From contig OZ251459.1 of assembly GCA_965242525.1 (NCBI GenBank), positions 800,001-864,000 of the forward strand: a stretch of DNA of 64,000 nucleotides, given 5' to 3'. Origin of the DNA: an uncultured Candidatus Binatia bacterium (GTDB lineage Bacteria; Desulfobacterota; Binatia; UBA9968; JAJDTQ01). The notes under the pieces are model-generated. The model did not search any database. It was given only the letters and a program-made list of their open reading frames with translations, and was not told the origin of the DNA. Positions 61,275 to 64,000 of this stretch are shown here, in pieces (position 1 is the first letter of the stretch; the number at the start of each line of letters is the position of its first letter). Both the position numbers and the translations under genes were made by a program.

Positions 61275-62897
61275 CTACAGCCGGATGAACAGGTCGCTCG
61301 CGCCTTCGCTGGTGAGTTGCGTGATGGTGGTGATCCGGTCGCTGAACTCCTTCAGGCTGCCCGCGGAGCTCGCTCCCACGTCGATGAGGATGGAGAACAG
61401 GGAGAAACCCAACCGGTCCTTCTCCTTCCGGAACCGCTGCGACCACTCGGCCGAGACTTGGCATTCCCCATCCGTGATGAACACGATGTCCGCCTTCTTA
61501 TATCGGGATTTCGCCAGGCATTCCAGCGCGGCGTCCAGCGGTTTCTCGAAGTCGGTGCCGCCTCCGGGAAAATGTTCCGCCAAGTCCATGAGCTTGTCCG
61601 GCTCCACGTCGCCCCCGCGCCGCGCGGCCAGGTCCAGGACGTGCAACGGGGTCTCCCCGGAGGAGAAGCAGATGGAGCGGAAGGGCCGGCGCTGGCGGCG
61701 GGTCAGCTCCAGCAGGGTGAGGGCCACCGCCTTGGACCAGAGCTCCTTGTCTCCCGCCATGGAGGAGCTGCCGTCCAGGCAGACCACCACCGGTCCCTTG
61801 CGCTTCTCCTCCATGCCCCGGAGGGAGTATTGCAGCAGCTCGTTCTCCAGCAGCCGTCGCCGGAAGTCCCTGCACAGCACGGGATGGCGCAGGGCCGAGA
61901 GCTCCTGGGGCAGCAGGCGATCCAGCGCGCCTCCCTGGTCCACGGAATAGAGTTCCTCGTTGGCGCGCTCGAACGTGCGCTTGCGCAGGGCCAGGGCGTG
62001 GGACTTCATCCTTCCCACCATGCGGACGAGCTTCTTGAGCTTGTCGTTGCCGGCCAGCCGCCGGCCCAACTCCAGCCTCCGGTGGGCGGGGAGGCGTCCC
62101 CCCTGTCCCAGGGCGCTGCCCCACAACTCGGTCTCCTCCACCGCCTCGTCGAGTCGTCGGGCGGCGCGGACGGCCGCGGCCTGCATCCGGGCCCGGGCCT
62201 CGTCCCCGACCCTTTCCAGGTCCTCCCCATGCTGCCGCCGCTTGTGCCGGATGGACGCGGCGCCGCCCCGGAGTTTGCCGTCCAGCCGCTCCCGGACCCG
62301 CGCCAAGGCGTCCCGCTTGCGGGCGTCGTCCCCCTCGTCGCCCATTTCGTCGCCCGTTTCGTTGCTCAACTCGTCGCTCAACTCGCCGGCGTGCTCCAAC
62401 TCCTCGCGGGTCTTGTGGAACTCTTCCTCCTGCTGCCGCAGCTTCCACGTGTCGAGCATGTCGCCCCGGGTCCAGGGCTTCTCGGACTTGAGCATGGCGA
62501 GTATGCCTTCGCCCAGGAGCAGCGTGCATAGCCCCGCCCTGGCCTCGTCGAGCACCGTGCCCTCCCGCAGGATGCGGCTCGCCTCGCCGTCCCGCAGCGC
62601 GGCCAGCAGGGTGCGGTTGAGGGCCGCGCTGGGGAGCACTTCCGACTCCGGGGCGAAGACCACGTTGTACTTGAACAGCAGGCAGAAGACGTCCTGCATC
62701 AGCGGGGCGAAGTGGGGGAGCAGGGCTTCGCCCGCGCCCTCCATCTCCCGAAGGGACGCGGCGTCCCGCCGGAGGCGCCCGAAGGCGTGGCGGTCGTAGC
62801 GGTCGCTTTCGATCCAGTTGGCGTTGTCGGGCAGGCTCGGCGCCGGAGCCTTCCGGGCCGGCGCCGGGGCCTGTTTCTTCGGGTTGCCGCGGGCCAC
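61275..62897 (-). CDS. VWA (MIDAS) domain protein, ViaA-like
   Basis: LDRLLPQEL, VVCLDGSSSM, GGGTDFEKPL, FITDG; GTG start overlaps the ATPase stop. Confidence 0.88.
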   Translation of the reverse strand: MARGNPKKQAPAPARKAPAPSLPDNANWIESDRYDRHAFGRLRRDAASLREMEGAGEALLPHFAPLMQDVFCLLFKYNVVFAPESEVLPSAALNRTLLAALRDGEASRILREGTVLDEARAGLCTLLLGEGILAMLKSEKPWTRGDMLDTWKLRQQEEEFHKTREELEHAGELSDELSNETGDEMGDEGDDARKRDALARVRERLDGKLRGGAASIRHKRRQHGEDLERVGDEARARMQAAAVRAARRLDEAVEETELWGSALGQGGRLPAHRRLELGRRLAGNDKLKKLVRMVGRMKSHALALRKRTFERANEELYSVDQGGALDRLLPQELSALRHPVLCRDFRRRLLENELLQYSLRGMEEKRKGPVVVCLDGSSSMAGDKELWSKAVALTLLELTRRQRRPFRSICFSSGETPLHVLDLAARRGGDVEPDKLMDLAEHFPGGGTDFEKPLDAALECLAKSRYKKADIVFITDGECQVSAEWSQRFRKEKDRLGFSLFSILIDVGASSAGSLKEFSDRITTITQLTSEGASDLFIRL

Positions 62898-64000
62898 TAC
62901 CAGGCTTCCAGCATGCGCTTCTGGAGGGTGCGGATCTCGTCCCGCATGTCCTCCACCCGGGCCAGCGGGCGGTCCGCGTCGGAGGCGTCGTGGATGATCC
63001 GCTCGACCTTCGCGAGGATGTTGCGGAGCTTGGTATGGCCTTCGATGAGGGCCTGGGAGCGCAGCTCCTCGGTCTCCCAGGGGCGTTGCACGTAGGCTTC
63101 GATCTCCCGCGACTGGAACAGCATCTCCTGGACCTCCTGCTCGTAACCGAGCACGACCTCCCGGATGGTGGAGCGGACCTCGGCCTGCTCGGACGGTTCC
63201 CGCCACAGGGCGTGCTCCAGGAACAGGAGGCTCCGGTCCGTGACCTGGGGGTCGCCCGTCAAGTACGAATGGGCCTTCAGGAGCGCCAGGGACTGGCGGT
63301 AGCGCCGGTCCGAGGCCACGATCTGCTTCTTGCCGAGCTGCCTGCGCACCTCGCCCAGGGCCCGGCGCACGCGGGCGGGGACCTCCTGCCGGTCCGCGGC
63401 CTGCTGCAAGGCGGTGAGCTCTTCGAGGGTGAGGCGAACCTTGGCCTCCGGCGGCGGCGTCTCCAGCATGCGCAGGAACCGGAAGTCCTCCTCGATGTAG
63501 CCCACGGTGAACCGCAGCAGGAACCGGTCGTACAGGGCCGTGAGCTCGTCGTCCTCGGGGAGCTCGTTGCTCGCCCCGAACAGGGTGATGAGGGGCACGT
63601 GGTGGATGCGTTGGCCGTTGTGGAACCGGCGCTCGTTGATGATGGACAGGATCGAGTTGAGGATCGAGGAGTTGGCCTTGAACACTTCGTCCAGAAAGGC
63701 GATGTGGGCCTCCGGGAGCTTGTGGGTCGTCACCCGCCGGTAGTCGTCCTGCTCCAATCCCTTGAGGCTCACCGCGCCGAACAGCTCTTCGGGCGCGGTG
63801 AAACGGGTCAGCAGCCACTGGAAGTACCGGGCGCCTTCGATGCGCCGGCACAGCTCGTCCGCGAGCATGGACTTGGCGGTCCCCGGCGGTCCGACGATCA
63901 ACAGGTTCCGGGCCGCGAGCAGGGCCGACAGGGCGCCGTCGATGAGCTCGCCCCGTTCCAGGAACGTCTGTTGCAACTCGTCGCGGAGCGCCAGCAGTTT
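62897..64000 (-). CDS. MoxR/RavA-like AAA+ ATPase, 5'-truncated by the window edge
   Basis: GPPGTAKS, LLTRFT.PEELFG, FLDEVFKANSSILN, ASNELP, ALYDRF. Confidence 0.92.
   Translation of the reverse strand, partial: KLLALRDELQQTFLERGELIDGALSALLAARNLLIVGPPGTAKSMLADELCRRIEGARYFQWLLTRFTAPEELFGAVSLKGLEQDDYRRVTTHKLPEAHIAFLDEVFKANSSILNSILSIINERRFHNGQRIHHVPLITLFGASNELPEDDELTALYDRFLLRFTVGYIEEDFRFLRMLETPPPEAKVRLTLEELTALQQAADRQEVPARVRRALGEVRRQLGKKQIVASDRRYRQSLALLKAHSYLTGDPQVTDRSLLFLEHALWREPSEQAEVRSTIREVVLGYEQEVQEMLFQSREIEAYVQRPWETEELRSQALIEGHTKLRNILAKVERIIHDASDADRPLARVEDMRDEIRTLQKRMLEAW

Overview
High-GC bacterial chromosomal window; the gene content resembles uncultured deltaproteobacterial (Binatia-like) genomes, but this is a weak inference. 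A housekeeping block (coaBC, udg, nfeD, SPFH, queA, tgt, yajC, secDF, recJ, rplU, rpmA, obgE, proBA, nadD, rsfS, tRNA-Glu/Gln; about 20.2-37.4 kb) is flanked by two defence islands. The first is a type I R-M locus (7.4-19.7 kb) whose hsdM-hsdS-hsdR order is interrupted by cargo: a HEPN-like gene, a minimal GIY-YIG protein, a decayed HEPN toxin with its MNT antitoxin fused to HsdS, a DUF6978/DUF1828-like pair, a frameshifted DUF3644-like gene and an AAA ATPase. The second is a type III-like R-M locus (37.5-43.4 kb) with a TIR-gene stub and a second, diverged DUF6978/DUF1828-like pair. That pair, found beside both R-M systems, is the best candidate for an uncharacterised defence system. The left end holds a stand-alone glycine/betaine-reductase component B pair with a UGA selenocysteine codon and a SECIS-like hairpin, tRNA-Leu(TAA), a deoxyhypusine-synthase-like gene and mlaA. 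The right end is a catabolic region (amidohydrolases, racemase-fold proteins lacking the catalytic cysteines, TAXI-TRAP, SDR, PhyH, FAD and LLM oxygenases) with TA genes, a repeat-containing surface lipoprotein and a MoxR/VWA pair. Two dispersed repeat families (an IS5-ended MITE-like element and a dRS3-like palindrome) recur; several copies coincide with gene truncations or sit in frame inside genes. No CRISPR array was found. Family names come from motif recognition by eye, not database searches, and repeat boundaries are approximate.
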